Source: a virus (Duplodnaviria > Heunggongvirae > Uroviricota > Caudoviricetes). From it: a stretch of DNA of 64,000 bases. Within the stretch, counting starts at the first letter, position 1. Every line of letters begins with the position of its first letter. A program made the position numbers and the translations under genes. The notes beneath the pieces were generated by a model that did not search any database, was not told where the DNA came from, and was given only the letters and a program-made list of their open reading frames with translations. Where the stretch lies: IMG/VR virus record IMGVR_UViG_2778261510_000005; one strand, written 5' to 3'. Shown here one piece after another: positions 9,741 through 21,081 of the stretch.

Positions 9741-9920
9741 TTATCTGCTGCCCGGCATTCTCTGTTTAAGCACAACCATTTCCTGACGGCATAACACAGC
9801 AATAGCGGTCCTGGCACCAATTTGCTTACCAACCAGGTATTGCTTTACCTCGCGGCGACTCACGCCATCAAGAAGCATCTTTAACGCTTCACGGGACAAT
9901 TTGTTGTATTTGCGTGCCAT
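9741..9920 (-). CDS. Small basic protein (59 aa from the ATG after the doc stop), possible helix-turn-helix
   Basis: [40 protein letters not shown]...; its start abuts the doc stop. Confidence 0.45.
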   Translation of the reverse strand: MARKYNKLSREALKMLLDGVSRREVKQYLVGKQIGARTAIAVLCRQEMVVLKQRMPGSR

Positions 9921-9924
9921 TAAT

Positions 9925-10305
9925 CTACTCCGCAGAACCATACAATCTACGTAACGTGTCGGCGACAGAAGATACAGATATCTCTCCGGTCGCAGCCCCT
10001 ACGGTAAGGTCTGCCAGTTCAGGTGAATCAAATACCTGCACCCCGTTACGGCGTAGAAATAACAGCGCACTGTTTAGCGCGGTACGCTTATTGGCATCAT
10101 TGAATATATGCCCTCTCGCTGTAGCCACTAGGTAGGTGGCGGAGACTTCGAAAAGGTCGGTGATCTCTTCGTAGGCAACTCTGGCCTGAACTCTCCCGAT
10201 AATGGCCTCTGCCCTACCCGGATCTGACATTCCCGGCAGGCCGCCGTAGCGGTTTATATTCGCATCATGAAGCGCAATAAGTTCTTCCGGTGATATATGC
10301 CTCAT
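9925..10305 (-). CDS. doc: Doc toxin (death on curing)
   Basis: 126 aa, [78 protein letters not shown]; matches P1 Doc as I remember it. Confidence 0.95.
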   Translation of the reverse strand: MRHISPEELIALHDANINRYGGLPGMSDPGRAEAIIGRVQARVAYEEITDLFEVSATYLVATARGHIFNDANKRTALNSALLFLRRNGVQVFDSPELADLTVGAATGEISVSSVADTLRRLYGSAE

Positions 10306-10526
10306 TATCGGTTAACCAGTTCCTTGTTGGTGGAGTCCAGGGTGTCAAACAGGGATGCAAATTCAGCATCCAGCGCCGCTTTTTTGTAGGCTTCGAAAGT
10401 AGCCTTGCTGACAATTACTGCTGGCTCACGGCCTCTGCGGGTGATTTCAACCTCTTCCCCGGCTTCAACATTGTTGAGCACTTCAGAAAGGTTGCCGCGC
10501 GCGGTACGGAAGTTAATGGATTGCAT
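10305..10526 (-). CDS. phd: Phd antitoxin (prevent host death)
   Basis: 73 aa from the second [76 protein letters not shown]; stop overlaps the doc start. Confidence 0.95.
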   Translation of the reverse strand: MQSINFRTARGNLSEVLNNVEAGEEVEITRRGREPAVIVSKATFEAYKKAALDAEFASLFDTLDSTNKELVNR

Positions 10527-10532
10527 AAACAC

Positions 10533-10558
10533 CTCGTGTACTCGTTATGTGTACACAA
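10533..10558. promoter_or_regulatory. phd-doc operator region (tandem GTGTAC palindromic sites)
   Basis: GTGTAC at 10535-10540 and GTGTACAC at 10549-10556, just upstream of the phd start. Confidence 0.55.
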
Positions 10559-10702
10559 TTATAAACTTCACAGGCATAAAGCACCAGCACTTTGCGGCTT
10601 AACAAACCTCTAGGCAGGTCATTCGTAGCCTAATGTCCGAACTGCTAAAGCATCCAAGTTGCTGTAGAATCACCGCCAATTACATAAGCCTGAAATAAGT
10701 GG

Positions 10703-12265
10703 ATGAAAATGACAAGTATTCAACAACGTGCAGAGCTTCATCGTCAAATCTGGCAAATTGCTAACGATGTCAGAGGTTCTGTCGATGGATGGGATTTTAA
10801 GCAATACGTTCTGGGCGCACTTTTCTACCGTTTTATCAGCGAAAATTTTTCCAGTTATATGGAAAATGGTGATGACAGCATCTGTTATGCGGCACTTGAT
10901 GACGGCATTATTACTGATGACATTAAAGACGATGCCATCAGAACCAAAGGCTACTTCATCTACCCCAGTCAGCTTTTCTGCAACGTAGCGGCGAAAGCAA
11001 ATACCAATGACAGACTGAATGCAGATTTAAATAGTATCTTCGTTGCTATCGAAAGCTCTGCTTACGGTTACCCTTCAGAAGCTGACATCAAAGGTTTGTT
11101 TGCTGATTTCGATACAACCAGTAACCGCCTGGGGAATACCGTTAAGGATAAAAATGCCCGCCTGGCCGCGGTTCTGAAAGGGGTTGAAGGGTTAAAGCTT
11201 GGCGACTTTAACGAACATCAGATTGACCTGTTCGGCGATGCCTATGAGTTCCTGATTTCTAACTATGCCGCGAATGCCGGTAAGTCCGGCGGCGAGTTCT
11301 TTACACCGCAGCACGTCTCTAAGCTGATTGCACAACTGGCTATGCACGGGCAGACCCACGTTAACAAAATCTACGACCCGGCAGCAGGCTCCGGTTCGCT
11401 GTTGTTGCAGGCTAAAAAACAGTTTGATGACCATATCATCGAAGAAGGTTTTTTTGGTCAGGAAATCAACCATACGACCTATAACCTGGCACGTATGAAC
11501 ATGTTTTTGCACAACATCAACTACGACAAGTTTGATATCAAGCTGGGCAATACGCTGACTGAACCGCACTTCAGAGATGAAAAACCGTTTGATGCCATCG
11601 TTTCTAACCCGCCGTATTCGGTGAAATGGATTGGCAGCGATGACCCGACGCTGATTAACGATGAGCGTTTTGCCCCGGCTGGCGTCCTGGCCCCCAAATC
11701 AAAAGCTGACTTCGCGTTTGTATTACATGCGCTGAACTATCTTTCGGCCAAAGGTCGCGCCGCGATTGTCTGCTTCCCGGGTATTTTTTACCGTGGCGGC
11801 GCAGAGCAGAAAATCCGTCAGTATCTGGTCGACAATAACTATGTCGAAACCGTGATTTCACTCGCACCGAACCTGTTCTTTGGCACCACCATTGCTGTAA
11901 ACATTCTGGTGCTGTCTAAACATAAAACGGATACCAAAGTTCAGTTTATTGACGCCAGCGAGCTGTTCAAAAAAGAAACTAACAACAATATCCTGACCGA
12001 TGCCCATATCGAACAGATTATGCAGGTATTTGCCAGCAAGGAAGATGTTGCCCATCTGGCGAAATCTGTTGCGTTTGAGACTGTTGTCGCGAATGACTAT
12101 AACCTGTCGGTGAGCAGTTATGTTGAAGCGAAAGATACTCGCGAAATTATCGATATCGGTGAGCTGAATGCTGAGCTGAAAACCACGGTCAGCAAAATCG
12201 ACCAGTTGCGCAAAGATATTGATGCGATTGTGGCTGAAATTGAAGGCTGCGAGGTGCAGAAATGA
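10703..12265 (+). CDS. hsdM: Type I restriction-modification N6-adenine methyltransferase subunit HsdM
   Basis: 520 aa with NPPY motif ([11 protein letters not shown]) and AdoMet-binding region ([10 protein letters not shown]); same length as EcoR124-family HsdM. Confidence 0.93.
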   Translation: MKMTSIQQRAELHRQIWQIANDVRGSVDGWDFKQYVLGALFYRFISENFSSYMENGDDSICYAALDDGIITDDIKDDAIRTKGYFIYPSQLFCNVAAKANTNDRLNADLNSIFVAIESSAYGYPSEADIKGLFADFDTTSNRLGNTVKDKNARLAAVLKGVEGLKLGDFNEHQIDLFGDAYEFLISNYAANAGKSGGEFFTPQHVSKLIAQLAMHGQTHVNKIYDPAAGSGSLLLQAKKQFDDHIIEEGFFGQEINHTTYNLARMNMFLHNINYDKFDIKLGNTLTEPHFRDEKPFDAIVSNPPYSVKWIGSDDPTLINDERFAPAGVLAPKSKADFAFVLHALNYLSAKGRAAIVCFPGIFYRGGAEQKIRQYLVDNNYVETVISLAPNLFFGTTIAVNILVLSKHKTDTKVQFIDASELFKKETNNNILTDAHIEQIMQVFASKEDVAHLAKSVAFETVVANDYNLSVSSYVEAKDTREIIDIGELNAELKTTVSKIDQLRKDIDAIVAEIEGCEVQK

Positions 12266-13431
12266 GCGAGATGAGTTATCTGGAAAAATTGCTGGATGGG
12301 GTTGAAGTTGAGTGGTTGCCATTGGGGGAAGTCTCAGCCTTAAGAAGAGGCAGAGTTATGTCAAAGGGATATTTAACTGAAAATTTTGGCCCATATCCTG
12401 TCTATAGCTCTCAAACTGCAAATAATGGGAAAATAGGTTCTATCAATACCTTCGATTTTGATGGCGAATATATAAGCTGGACAACAGATGGCGCAAATGC
12501 AGGCACTGTGTTCTATCGAACAGGTAAATTTTCAATAACTAATGTTTGCGGCCTGATTACATTAAAAAGTAAATACTCATTAATCTACAAATTTCTGTTT
12601 TACTGGCTAACAATAGAAGCCAAAAAACATGTTTACTCAGGAATGGGAAACCCCAAGTTAATGAGTCATCAGGTTGAAAATATACCTGTACCAATCCCCT
12701 GCCCGGATAATCCGGAAAAATCCCTTGCCATCCAGTCTGAAATCGTTCGGATTCTGGATAAATTTACTGAGCTTACAGCAGAGCTTACAGCAGAGCTTAC
12801 AGCAGAGCTTAGCATGCGTAAAAAACAATACAACTACTATCGCGACCAGTTGTTGAGTTTTAAAGAGGGTGAGGTTGAGTGGAAGACTTTGGGAACATTT
12901 GCAGATAATTTTGATTCTCTTAGAAAACCAATAACTAGTGGATTAAGGGAGACTGGAAATATTCCCTATTATGGTGCGTCAGGCATTGTTGATTACGTAA
13001 AAGATTATATTTTTGATGATGACCTGTTATTAATTTCTGAAGATGGTGCGAATCTTATTGCAAGAAATACCCCTATAGCTTTTAGCATTAGCGGTAAAAC
13101 GTGGGTGAATAATCATGCTCATGTACTTAAATTCAAAAACTACACTGAACAAAAATTTGTTGAATATTACTTAAACAATATCAATCTTACGCCGTACATA
13201 TCAGGAGCAGCCCAGCCAAAGCTAAATAAGAAAAACTTAGAAAGTATCCGTATTCCTAATCCATCACTAAAAGAAAAAGAGCGGATTGTTACTATTCTGG
13301 ATAAATTCGACACCCTGACTAACTCCATCACCGAAGGTCTCCCGCGTGAAATCGAGTTACGCCAGAAACAATACGAGTACTATCGTGATTTACTGTTCAG
13401 TTTCCCAAAACCTGAAACAGTCAGTAATTAA
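12262..13431 (+). CDS. hsdS: Type I restriction-modification specificity subunit HsdS (type IC-like, TAEL repeat)
   Basis: 389 aa, overlaps the hsdM stop; central conserved region carries [12 protein letters not shown] flanked by two target-recognition domains. Confidence 0.9.
   Translation: MSEMSYLEKLLDGVEVEWLPLGEVSALRRGRVMSKGYLTENFGPYPVYSSQTANNGKIGSINTFDFDGEYISWTTDGANAGTVFYRTGKFSITNVCGLITLKSKYSLIYKFLFYWLTIEAKKHVYSGMGNPKLMSHQVENIPVPIPCPDNPEKSLAIQSEIVRILDKFTELTAELTAELTAELSMRKKQYNYYRDQLLSFKEGEVEWKTLGTFADNFDSLRKPITSGLRETGNIPYYGASGIVDYVKDYIFDDDLLLISEDGANLIARNTPIAFSISGKTWVNNHAHVLKFKNYTEQKFVEYYLNNINLTPYISGAAQPKLNKKNLESIRIPNPSLKEKERIVTILDKFDTLTNSITEGLPREIELRQKQYEYYRDLLFSFPKPETVSN
12769..12810 (+). 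repeat. 12-bp tandem repeat GAGCTTACAGCA x3.5 encoding (TAEL)3 in the HsdS spacer region
   Basis: Perfect tandem copies at 12769-12780, 12781-12792, 12793-12804 plus a partial copy. Confidence 0.95.
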
Positions 13432-13552
13432 TTGACCATTGCTACCGACCGGGCCACCTTAACATCCGGTCTGTATATAGACTATTTTTTACACGCTGGA
13501 AGTCGCCCTTAAAGCTCTTCCGGCCCTTGCCAGACGGCACAAAGGATGCGCT

Positions 13553-16500
13553 ATGACTCATCAGACATACACCATTGCTGAATCCAATAACTTTATCGTT
13601 CTTGATAAGTACATCAAAGCTGAGCCAACAGGCGACAGCTACCAGAGCGAATCGGACCTGGAACGTGAACTGATTCAGGACCTGCAAAATCAGGGCTATG
13701 AATTTATACCCGTAAAATCACAGTCAGCGATGCTGGCCAACGTTCGGGAACAGCTTCAGAGCCTCAATGGTGTGATGTTTAATGACAGCGAGTGGCGGCG
13801 CTTCACGGAGCAGTATCTGGACAACCCCAGCGATGGTATTCTGGATAAAATCCGTAAAATCCATATCGACTATATTTGCGACTTTATTTTTGATGACGAG
13901 CGTCTTGAGAACATCTATCTGATAGATAAAAAGAATCTCATGCGCAATAAGGTGCAGATTATCCAGCAGTTTGAACAGGCAGGTTCTCACGCTAACCGTT
14001 ATGACGTAACTATCCTGGTTAATGGCTTGCCACTGGTGCAAATCGAACTAAAAAAACGCGGGGTGGCGATTCGTGAGGCTTTCAACCAGATACATCGTTA
14101 CAGTAAAGAGAGTTTTAACAGCGAAAATTCCCTGTTTAAGTATCTGCAACTGTTTGTCATTTCTAACGGCACCGATACCCGTTATTTTGCCAACACGACA
14201 AAGCGCGATAAAAACAGTTTTGACTTCACCATGAACTGGGCTAAAGCAGACAATACACTGATTAAAGACCTCAAAGACTTTACCGCTACCTTTTTCCAGA
14301 AACATACTCTGCTTAATGTTCTGGTGAACTACAGCGTTTTTGACAGCAGTCAGACACTACTGGTAATGCGACCGTACCAGATTGCCGCCACCGAGCGCAT
14401 TCTGTGGAAAATTAAGAGTTCCTTTACAGCGAAGAACTGGTCAAAACCGGAAAGCGGTGGGTATATCTGGCACACTACCGGTTCTGGTAAAACCCTCACC
14501 AGCTTTAAAGCCGCGCGTCTGGCAACAGAGCTGGACTTTATTGATAAAGTCTTCTTCGTGGTCGACAGGAAAGACCTCGATTACCAGACCATGAAGGAAT
14601 ATCAGCGTTTTTCGCCAGACAGCGTCAACGGCTCGGAAAATACCGCAGGACTTAAACGAAATCTGGACAAGGACGATAACAAAATTATCGTCACTACTAT
14701 TCAGAAACTCAATAACCTGATGAAAGCAGAAAGCGACCTGCCTGTATATAATCAGCAAGTGGTGTTTATATTTGATGAATGCCACCGCAGCCAGTTTGGA
14801 GAAGCGCAGAAAAACCTGAAGAAGAAATTCAAACGCTATTATCAGTTTGGTTTTACCGGTACCCCTATTTTCCCGGAAAACGCCTTAGGCTCAGAAACGA
14901 CCGCCAGCGTATTTGGTCGTGAATTGCATTCGTATGTAATTACCGATGCGATTCGTGACGAAAAAGTGCTCAAATTCAAGGTGGACTACAACGATGTGCG
15001 GCCACAGTTTAAGTCTTTAGAGACAGAAACTGACGAGAAAAAACTAAGTGCGGCTGAAAATCAGCAGGCGTTTCTTCATCCCATGCGTATTCAGGAAATC
15101 ACGCAATATATTCTGAATAATTTCCGCCAGAAAACTCACCGTACCTTCCCTGGCTCAAAAGGTTTTAATGCTATGTTGGCAGTGAGCAGCGTGGATGCCG
15201 CGAAAGCCTATTATGCGACGTTTAAACGGTTACAAGAAGAAGCCGCTAATAAATCGGCTACCTATAAACCGCTGCGTATTGCGACAATCTTCTCCTTTGC
15301 CGCCAATGAAGAACAAAATGCCATTGGTGAAATTTCCGATGAAACTTTTGATACCAGCGCAATGGACAGCAGTGCTAAAGAGTTTCTGGACGCTGCAATT
15401 CGTGAATATAACAGCCATTTTAAAACTAACTTTAGCACCGACAGTAACGGTTTTCAGAACTACTATCGTGATTTAGCCCAGCGGGTTAAAAATCAGGATA
15501 TCGATCTGCTAATTGTCGTGGGGATGTTCTTAACCGGCTTCGATGCTCCAACATTGAACACGCTATTCGTCGATAAAAACTTACGTTTTCACGGCCTGAT
15601 GCAGGCATTTTCCCGCACCAACCGCATTTATGACGCCACTAAAACCTTCGGTAATATCGTCACTTTCCGGGATCTGGAACGCTCAACTATTGATGCCATA
15701 ACGCTGTTTGGTGACAAAAACACCAAAAATGTGGTGTTAGAAAAGAGTTATACAGAGTATATGGAAGGCTTTACTGATGCTGCTACTGGTGAAGCTAAAC
15801 GCGGCTTTATGACAGTAGTTTCAGAACTGGAACAACGGTTCCCTGACCCTACCAGTATTGAAAGTGAAAAAGAGAAGAAAGACTTCGTTAAACTGTTTGG
15901 CGAATACCTGCGTGCCGAGAACATCCTGCAAAACTATGATGAATTTGCCACGCTGAAAGCCCTGCAACAAATCGATCTTAGCGATCCTGTTGCGGTAGAA
16001 AAATTCAAAGCAGAACATTATGTGGATGATGAAAAGTTCGCTGAATTGCAAACAATTCGTCTCCCTGCTGATCGCAAGATTCAGGATTATCGTTCTGCCT
16101 ATAACGATATTCGCGACTGGCAGCGCCGTGAGAAAGAAGCTGAGAAAAAAGAGAAATCAACCACTGACTGGGATGACGTGGTTTTTGAGGTTGATTTGCT
16201 GAAGTCTCAGGAAATAAACCTGGATTATATCCTTGGACTGATTTTCGAACACAACAGACAAAATAAAGGCAAGGGCGAAATGATCGAAGAGGTCAAACGC
16301 TTAATTCGTTCAAGCCTGGGGAACCGTGCTAAAGAGGGCCTGGTGGTCGATTTTATTCAGCAAACGAACCTGGATGATTTACCGGACAAAGCCAGCATCA
16401 TTGACGCATTCTTTACGTTTGCTCAACGCGAACAGCAACGTGAAGCAGAAGCATTGATAAAAGAAGAAAATCTCAATGAAGATGCAGCAAAACGCTATAT

Positions 16501-16669
16501 TCGCACGTCTTTAAAACGCGAATACGCCACCGAAAATGGCACAGAATTAAACGAAACATTACCAAAACTTAGTCCGTTGAATCCGCAATATAAAACGAAA
16601 AAACAGGCAGTTTTCCAGAAAATCGTCTCGTTTATTGAGAAGTTTAAAGGCGTAGGCGGAAAAATATAG
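13553..16669 (+). CDS. hsdR: Type I restriction endonuclease/helicase subunit HsdR
   Basis: 1038 aa with SF2 helicase motifs (TGSGKT Walker A, DECH box) and an N-terminal nuclease region; same length as EcoR124I HsdR. Confidence 0.93.
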   Translation: MTHQTYTIAESNNFIVLDKYIKAEPTGDSYQSESDLERELIQDLQNQGYEFIPVKSQSAMLANVREQLQSLNGVMFNDSEWRRFTEQYLDNPSDGILDKIRKIHIDYICDFIFDDERLENIYLIDKKNLMRNKVQIIQQFEQAGSHANRYDVTILVNGLPLVQIELKKRGVAIREAFNQIHRYSKESFNSENSLFKYLQLFVISNGTDTRYFANTTKRDKNSFDFTMNWAKADNTLIKDLKDFTATFFQKHTLLNVLVNYSVFDSSQTLLVMRPYQIAATERILWKIKSSFTAKNWSKPESGGYIWHTTGSGKTLTSFKAARLATELDFIDKVFFVVDRKDLDYQTMKEYQRFSPDSVNGSENTAGLKRNLDKDDNKIIVTTIQKLNNLMKAESDLPVYNQQVVFIFDECHRSQFGEAQKNLKKKFKRYYQFGFTGTPIFPENALGSETTASVFGRELHSYVITDAIRDEKVLKFKVDYNDVRPQFKSLETETDEKKLSAAENQQAFLHPMRIQEITQYILNNFRQKTHRTFPGSKGFNAMLAVSSVDAAKAYYATFKRLQEEAANKSATYKPLRIATIFSFAANEEQNAIGEISDETFDTSAMDSSAKEFLDAAIREYNSHFKTNFSTDSNGFQNYYRDLAQRVKNQDIDLLIVVGMFLTGFDAPTLNTLFVDKNLRFHGLMQAFSRTNRIYDATKTFGNIVTFRDLERSTIDAITLFGDKNTKNVVLEKSYTEYMEGFTDAATGEAKRGFMTVVSELEQRFPDPTSIESEKEKKDFVKLFGEYLRAENILQNYDEFATLKALQQIDLSDPVAVEKFKAEHYVDDEKFAELQTIRLPADRKIQDYRSAYNDIRDWQRREKEAEKKEKSTTDWDDVVFEVDLLKSQEINLDYILGLIFEHNRQNKGKGEMIEEVKRLIRSSLGNRAKEGLVVDFIQQTNLDDLPDKASIIDAFFTFAQREQQREAEALIKEENLNEDAAKRYIRTSLKREYATENGTELNETLPKLSPLNPQYKTKKQAVFQKIVSFIEKFKGVGGKI

Positions 16670-16747
16670 CCCAATTCGTGTTTTTCTTGCGGGTTCTTAA
16701 TTAAACCCGCAAGAGCTCGTGGGGTTCCAAATGGCTAATATACTCCC

Positions 16748-16835
16748 CTTACCCATGCGCGACGATGCCGCCAAAAGTGATAGAGAACAGCCAGAAATAG
16801 ATCGCGGCCATAATGATTTTGAATGCCGTGTTCAT
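16748..16835 (-). CDS. Candidate small hydrophobic peptide (28 aa), possible type I toxin or small membrane protein
   Basis: MNTAFKIIMAAIYFWLFSITFGGIVAHG with AGGAG RBS 8 nt upstream; not in the supplied ORF track (below its length cutoff); a plus-strand terminator converges on its 5-prime region. Confidence 0.3.
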
Positions 16836-16863
16836 ATTTTCAGCTCCTGTGATTGATTGGATA

Positions 16864-16894
16864 CATGCCGCGCCTTGCGGCATGTTTTTATTTT
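16864..16894 (+). terminator. Rho-independent terminator on the plus strand (CATGCCG-loop-CGGCATG + T-run)
   Basis: 7-bp perfect stem followed by TTTTTATTTT; preceded by TGATTGATTGG. Confidence 0.55.
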
Positions 16895-16917
16895 CACTTT
16901 CTCTGTTTTAAAAATCA

Positions 16918-16934
16918 AGATTTATTAGAGCAAT
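16918..16934 (-). promoter_or_regulatory. C1 operator
   Basis: AGATTTATTAGAGCAAT, 16/17 match; flanking context AAAAATCAAGA is nearly identical to that at 2141-2164. Confidence 0.75.
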
Positions 16935-17440
16935 TATTGCTGATGGAGAAGCGCGTTTTCATACTCCCTGACCATTAACGTAAGTACGCCGTGACTCCTG
17001 AAAACACGCGCCACGTCAATCTTATCTTCCAGCGCGAACGCAATTTTACTTAGACCAATTTTCTTCAGGAGATCAATCTTTGCTGGACCGTCATTTCTGT
17101 CATCGGTGGCAGGACGCATAGATAGCAAAGGCTCAGTCCCATTTGTTACGTGCTTACGCAACCAGGCTCGTGTTTTATCCCTGGCTATCTCACAGCGCCC
17201 GGTTACAAACCAGAGGGTGTAAATGCCGGACAACTGGCGCACCATATCAATAACTGGAGTGATGGGAGCATCAGTGTCACAGGCAAGGTTAAACTCGTTC
17301 CAGTGCTCTGTTAATGCACCTTTGCCAGGTGGTGGAAGTAAATGCAGCCTGTCTTCCGTTGCCTCTGATATCGTCCCATCAATATCTACTATGACGATGT
17401 ACGGACGTTCCTGGTGTGCGTGTTTATTGAAAATACTCAA
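16934..17440 (-). CDS. HAD-superfamily phosphatase-like protein (168 aa)
   Basis: N-terminal IVIVDIDGTIS (DxDGT) motif typical of HAD phosphatases; might correspond to a P1 pap-like gene. Confidence 0.6.
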   Translation of the reverse strand: MSIFNKHAHQERPYIVIVDIDGTISEATEDRLHLLPPPGKGALTEHWNEFNLACDTDAPITPVIDMVRQLSGIYTLWFVTGRCEIARDKTRAWLRKHVTNGTEPLLSMRPATDDRNDGPAKIDLLKKIGLSKIAFALEDKIDVARVFRSHGVLTLMVREYENALLHQQ

Positions 17441-17512
17441 ATGCCCTCCTCATTGGACGAAAAAAATGCTGGTGGGAGCACTCCACCAGCATTAAAAGTG
17501 ACACTGTAACTA

Positions 17513-18775
17513 TCAGCGAACGTAAATAGTGCCGCCGTTCTCTTTTTCCCATGCATCGCTACGTGCATAGCAAACATCGAGAAGTCTTCTTGCCGCAGTT
17601 TCCTCTAAACCCAATTCGACAACCAACTGCTCATGACGGCGGGTAACCACATCAAACAGGGTATGCAGCCCTTTAGTTGCCAGATCATCAATGAATTCCG
17701 GTTCGAACGGCAGCTCTGCATCTGCCAACATAACCTCTTGCGCCCACTCAACTCGACGGACCAATTCCGGGCGGCGGCTTTCCATCTCTTTACAGATCAA
17801 TTCATGGAAGAACTCTACCCAACCTTCCGGCTGGAACTCGCGGAAAATTGCCAACGGCTGGAAGTTTGGCATCAACCATTCGTTGATTCGGATATCAATG
17901 GCATAGCCCATGTCGCAGCAGAACTGATAAGCAAAGTCCAGCTTAGACACGATATAAGGACGCTCGTTATTGAACTCTTTAGGCGATGAGATCCCATAAG
18001 CCAGGAGGCGCGGGAAGAAGGATATTTGCCCTAACGTCGGATGAAGTTTGCTTGCAGGGAAACGGCGCTCAGTAATGCCATACATTTCCTTCTTGAGCGT
18101 CGCAAATTTGGCATTCTCATTAACCAGCGCGGTAACCTCTGCTTTTTTATTAGCAAATGCCACGCGCGCTTCGCTTGCATCTTTAATAGTTTTTTTGAGC
18201 TGTTGGTTAAGGTCGGCGACCTGCTTACGCAGTTCCTGTCGCTCGCTTTTAGCTTTGTTATAGCGTTTCTCAAGGTTAAAAGGATCAAGTTTCATGATCT
18301 CTTTATATTGAGATTTTAGCGTTGAAATCTGTGAGTTCCGCAGTTCAACCATCGCGGTCATTTCATTGAGTTTTGTTTCCAGCTCAATGCTTATACGTTC
18401 GGCATTATCAGCACGCTGGTTGGCGTCATGCGTCGCATCGTCGAGCGCGTCCTGTTGCTGGCGTTTCAAATGTTCAATTTGCAGCTGAAGCTCTTCAATT
18501 TCTTTATCCTTCAGACCGAGATCCAACTGCATATTTTCAGCTGCATCTACCAGGGAGTTATGGCTATCAGCTTCTGCGTTATAAACATCAATAAGCTGTG
18601 CGTGAAGCATCTCCGCTGACTGAACCGCATTATCAAAAAAACGCGCTGTGAGGTCATCACAACTAACGCGGCGTTGCGCGGCCCGGATGTTCTGGATAAT
18701 GGCCTGGATACCGGCATTCAGGACGTCAGGGATAGATACATTTTCGATTGATTGGTTTTGTGCTGAAGTGATCAT
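17513..18775 (-). CDS. Hypothetical protein with long N-terminal coiled coil (420 aa)
   Basis: Heptad-rich, charged N-terminal half (EELQLQIEHLKRQQQDALDD...) and a Cys/aromatic-rich C-terminal domain; no family recognised. Confidence 0.65.
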   Translation of the reverse strand: MITSAQNQSIENVSIPDVLNAGIQAIIQNIRAAQRRVSCDDLTARFFDNAVQSAEMLHAQLIDVYNAEADSHNSLVDAAENMQLDLGLKDKEIEELQLQIEHLKRQQQDALDDATHDANQRADNAERISIELETKLNEMTAMVELRNSQISTLKSQYKEIMKLDPFNLEKRYNKAKSERQELRKQVADLNQQLKKTIKDASEARVAFANKKAEVTALVNENAKFATLKKEMYGITERRFPASKLHPTLGQISFFPRLLAYGISSPKEFNNERPYIVSKLDFAYQFCCDMGYAIDIRINEWLMPNFQPLAIFREFQPEGWVEFFHELICKEMESRRPELVRRVEWAQEVMLADAELPFEPEFIDDLATKGLHTLFDVVTRRHEQLVVELGLEETAARRLLDVCYARSDAWEKENGGTIYVR

Positions 18776-18776
18776 T

Positions 18777-18995
18777 TCAAAGTTCCGTATTAGCTTGTGC
18801 TTCGGTCATTTTTCCTAAGTATGAAGGAGGAAGGACTACGCAATTTGTATCCAGTCCCTCACCTATGGCAGCCTGTAAAATTCTGGCTAAGGTGAGTCTC
18901 TTGTTGCGATACCTGGTGATGACATGCCTGATACCGCCGGTCGGCGTAACAAAGGCGATCAGCCAGTAGTGATATTTCCGTCGGAATGGCCACAT
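18777..18995 (-). CDS. Hypothetical small protein (72 aa)
   Basis: ORF abutting the upstream gene, downstream of the operator-flanked hairpin at 19010-19075. Confidence 0.45.
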   Translation of the reverse strand: MWPFRRKYHYWLIAFVTPTGGIRHVITRYRNKRLTLARILQAAIGEGLDTNCVVLPPSYLGKMTEAQANTEL

Positions 18996-19009
18996 AGTGC
19001 ACCTTGTAG

Positions 19010-19026
19010 ATTGCTCTAATAAAAAA
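19010..19026 (+). promoter_or_regulatory. C1 operator-like site, left member of an inverted pair
   Basis: ATTGCTCTAATAAAAAA; 11-mer core perfect, 3 mismatches at the distal end. Confidence 0.5.
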
Positions 19027-19050
19027 CGTGATGAGTGTACATCACGTTTT
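19023..19050 (-). terminator. Perfect 10-bp inverted repeat hairpin (AAAACGTGAT-N8-ATCACGTTTT) between the two operators
   Basis: Followed on the minus strand by a U-rich tract; sits between convergently oriented operator copies. Confidence 0.45.
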
Positions 19051-19058
19051 AAAAATAT

Positions 19059-19075
19059 GGAATTATTAGAGCAAT
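19059..19075 (-). promoter_or_regulatory. C1 operator-like site, right member of the inverted pair
   Basis: GGAATTATTAGAGCAAT; core perfect, 3 mismatches distally. Confidence 0.5.
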
Positions 19076-19100
19076 ATTATTCTGATTCTCGCTCAAAAAA

Positions 19101-19778
19101 TCAGCTGATAAGGGGAAGCCAATCCTCTGACACTTCGCGAGGTCGCGGTTTGCCGTGGAAAAAGATTATTCGGCAGTCTTTTGGTAATGCCCCATTCCCC
19201 CTGGAGTAACGCGCGCTCGCATATTTTGAACCAGGTTCCACAACATCGGCCTTGTAACTTACAAACCATCCTGGATACAGATCCTGAAATGCTGGTGTAT
19301 CATCGCCCATAACCTTTCGTAAGAACCCCTGGTCCCCCCAGCACTCAGTAGTGACACAACGAGAAATCCAACCTTCCGGATCTTGCCAGAATGAACTCCA
19401 GATATGCGCTTTAACACTATTTGGTATCCACAGGGCACCGCTGCCACGATATTGTGGATGGTAAAAATCCCTAAGCATGGTGAAGCTGGTTGGTGGATGC
19501 TCTAGGATTGGGCGTATATCACCGGCAATAACCGTGTCCAAATCCAGATAGAACAGATCATCGGTTATATCCGGTCGGAACAACTCGATTTTCGCCCACC
19601 AGCCACGGCACTTTTGCCACTGGTTGATCAATGGGACAACTTTGACGCCAGGTACATGTAAACGCTTCAGGTCTGTCAGGCAAATAATTTCATAGCCTTT
19701 TGGCAGTTGATTAACCAGCCACTGCACATCGGAAGCGTTATAGTCACCACCAGAGCGAAAAACTAAAGCAATCTTCAT
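19101..19778 (-). CDS. Hypothetical protein with DxD motif, possible GT-A-type glycosyltransferase (225 aa)
   Basis: [12 protein letters not shown] resembles the DxD sugar-nucleotide-binding motif; weak inference. Confidence 0.5.
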   Translation of the reverse strand: MKIALVFRSGGDYNASDVQWLVNQLPKGYEIICLTDLKRLHVPGVKVVPLINQWQKCRGWWAKIELFRPDITDDLFYLDLDTVIAGDIRPILEHPPTSFTMLRDFYHPQYRGSGALWIPNSVKAHIWSSFWQDPEGWISRCVTTECWGDQGFLRKVMGDDTPAFQDLYPGWFVSYKADVVEPGSKYASARYSRGNGALPKDCRIIFFHGKPRPREVSEDWLPLIS

Positions 19779-20473
19779 GCTGCACCATCACCTTTCACTT
19801 TCACTTTCATCAATGTCAGGTTTCCGCAAAATACGGCACCAGTGTCGATATACTGCTGATTCCAGAATGTCTTCGGGCTTTTCACCGGAGTGTGACCAAA
19901 GATAAAACGATCTGCGCCCGAAATTTCGCCACCAATATCATCCATCGAATCACTGATACGCTCGCGCGCCCAGACAACGTTGAAAAGCGGCACCTCCTTA
20001 CCGAATTGGTATTCATTATCCGGATAGTCGGCATGGGCTATAACGATAGTTTCTTGCCCCGTGTTCAACTCAATGATATAGGGCAGACGCTTTACCAGCT
20101 CCACCAGCGCCCAGGCTAATATTTCCTGATCAGTGTCCAGCATGAAGAACCATTGTCCGCCATTCATTAGCCAGTTATTCACGTTGCCATCTGGACTTAA
20201 CGCATCAATCATCAGCCGCTCATGGTTCCCCATCACTGCCCTGAACCAGGGCATCTGCAATAGTTCCAGACATTCGACATTTTCAGTACCGCGATCGATA
20301 AGGTCGCCTACCGATATCAGTAAATCCTGCGCCGGGTCAAAATCCACACGATGGAGTTCGGACATCAGTCTGGTGTAGCAACCATGCAGATCACCAACAA
20401 CCCAGACATTCCTGTATTTGGTACCGTCGATACGGTGATAAATTGTGGGTGCCATCATGTATTCTTCAGCCAT
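19775..20473 (-). CDS. Ser/Thr protein phosphatase (calcineurin-like metallophosphoesterase)
   Basis: Metallophosphatase motifs GDLHG, GDLIDRG, GNHE; P1 carries a ppp gene of this family. Confidence 0.85.
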   Translation of the reverse strand: MAEEYMMAPTIYHRIDGTKYRNVWVVGDLHGCYTRLMSELHRVDFDPAQDLLISVGDLIDRGTENVECLELLQMPWFRAVMGNHERLMIDALSPDGNVNNWLMNGGQWFFMLDTDQEILAWALVELVKRLPYIIELNTGQETIVIAHADYPDNEYQFGKEVPLFNVVWARERISDSMDDIGGEISGADRFIFGHTPVKSPKTFWNQQYIDTGAVFCGNLTLMKVKVKGDGAA

Positions 20474-21081
20474 TCTTTAAGAGTCATCTGCGGAATACCT
20501 CCCATTTTCCCGCATGAAACAACGTCAATCTGTTCACGCGCAGACTGGAATAACAAAGGCAGGTGACTTAGATTTTTTGGCGTGCCGCCGGAGTGAACGC
20601 GTAGTTCTTGCGTAGCGTCAACGCCCACCAGAGCTACATGTTTGAATCCGATATGGAAAGCCAGGTTCAGAGCACCATATGCACTATTGCCGCTGGCAAT
20701 TTCATTCTCATCTTCGCAAAGGCCGAAATGTGCGGACCAGCGCCACGCCCACCACTCGGGAGAATTCGTATTTTTTGGCTCCATGCCACGTTCAGCCACA
20801 CGACGGAAGCACAGAACGCCGTCTCTGACTTCACGTTCTTTAACATCGGGTAGTGCCATGCAATAACAAACACCACGGCGACGGCGGCCACGACCAACGC
20901 GCCGCATATTGTCTGGCGATGGATCAAGTGTGAAAAAATAAGAAGCGCGGTTCAGCCAGTCGATGGCCCCATTGACCGCTATAATCGGCACTCCGCGCGG
21001 CGCAACAAAGTTTGCGGCGCTTGGACCACTGCCGACGATAATAACGCGATCACTGCCTCTAAATTTATTCTTGGGAAACAT
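20455..21081 (-). CDS. Hypothetical Rossmann-like protein (208 aa), paralog of the upstream gene
   Basis: IIVGSGPSA...IIAVNGA...LVGVD pattern shared with 20979..21641; AGGAG RBS before ATG at 21081. Confidence 0.6.
   Translation of the reverse strand: MFPKNKFRGSDRVIIVGSGPSAANFVAPRGVPIIAVNGAIDWLNRASYFFTLDPSPDNMRRVGRGRRRRGVCYCMALPDVKEREVRDGVLCFRRVAERGMEPKNTNSPEWWAWRWSAHFGLCEDENEIASGNSAYGALNLAFHIGFKHVALVGVDATQELRVHSGGTPKNLSHLPLLFQSAREQIDVVSCGKMGGIPQMTLKEWLKNT

Noticed and set aside
11192-12322. Minus-strand ORFs (125 aa and 154 aa) inside hsdM
   Set aside because: Antisense to a strongly supported methyltransferase gene; no RBS or context.
16686-16712. 10-bp inverted repeat (CTTGCGGGTT-N7-AACCCGCAAG) just after hsdR as a terminator
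   Set aside because: No U-tract follows the stem on either strand; could still be an RNA-stabilising stem-loop, but a terminator call is not supported.
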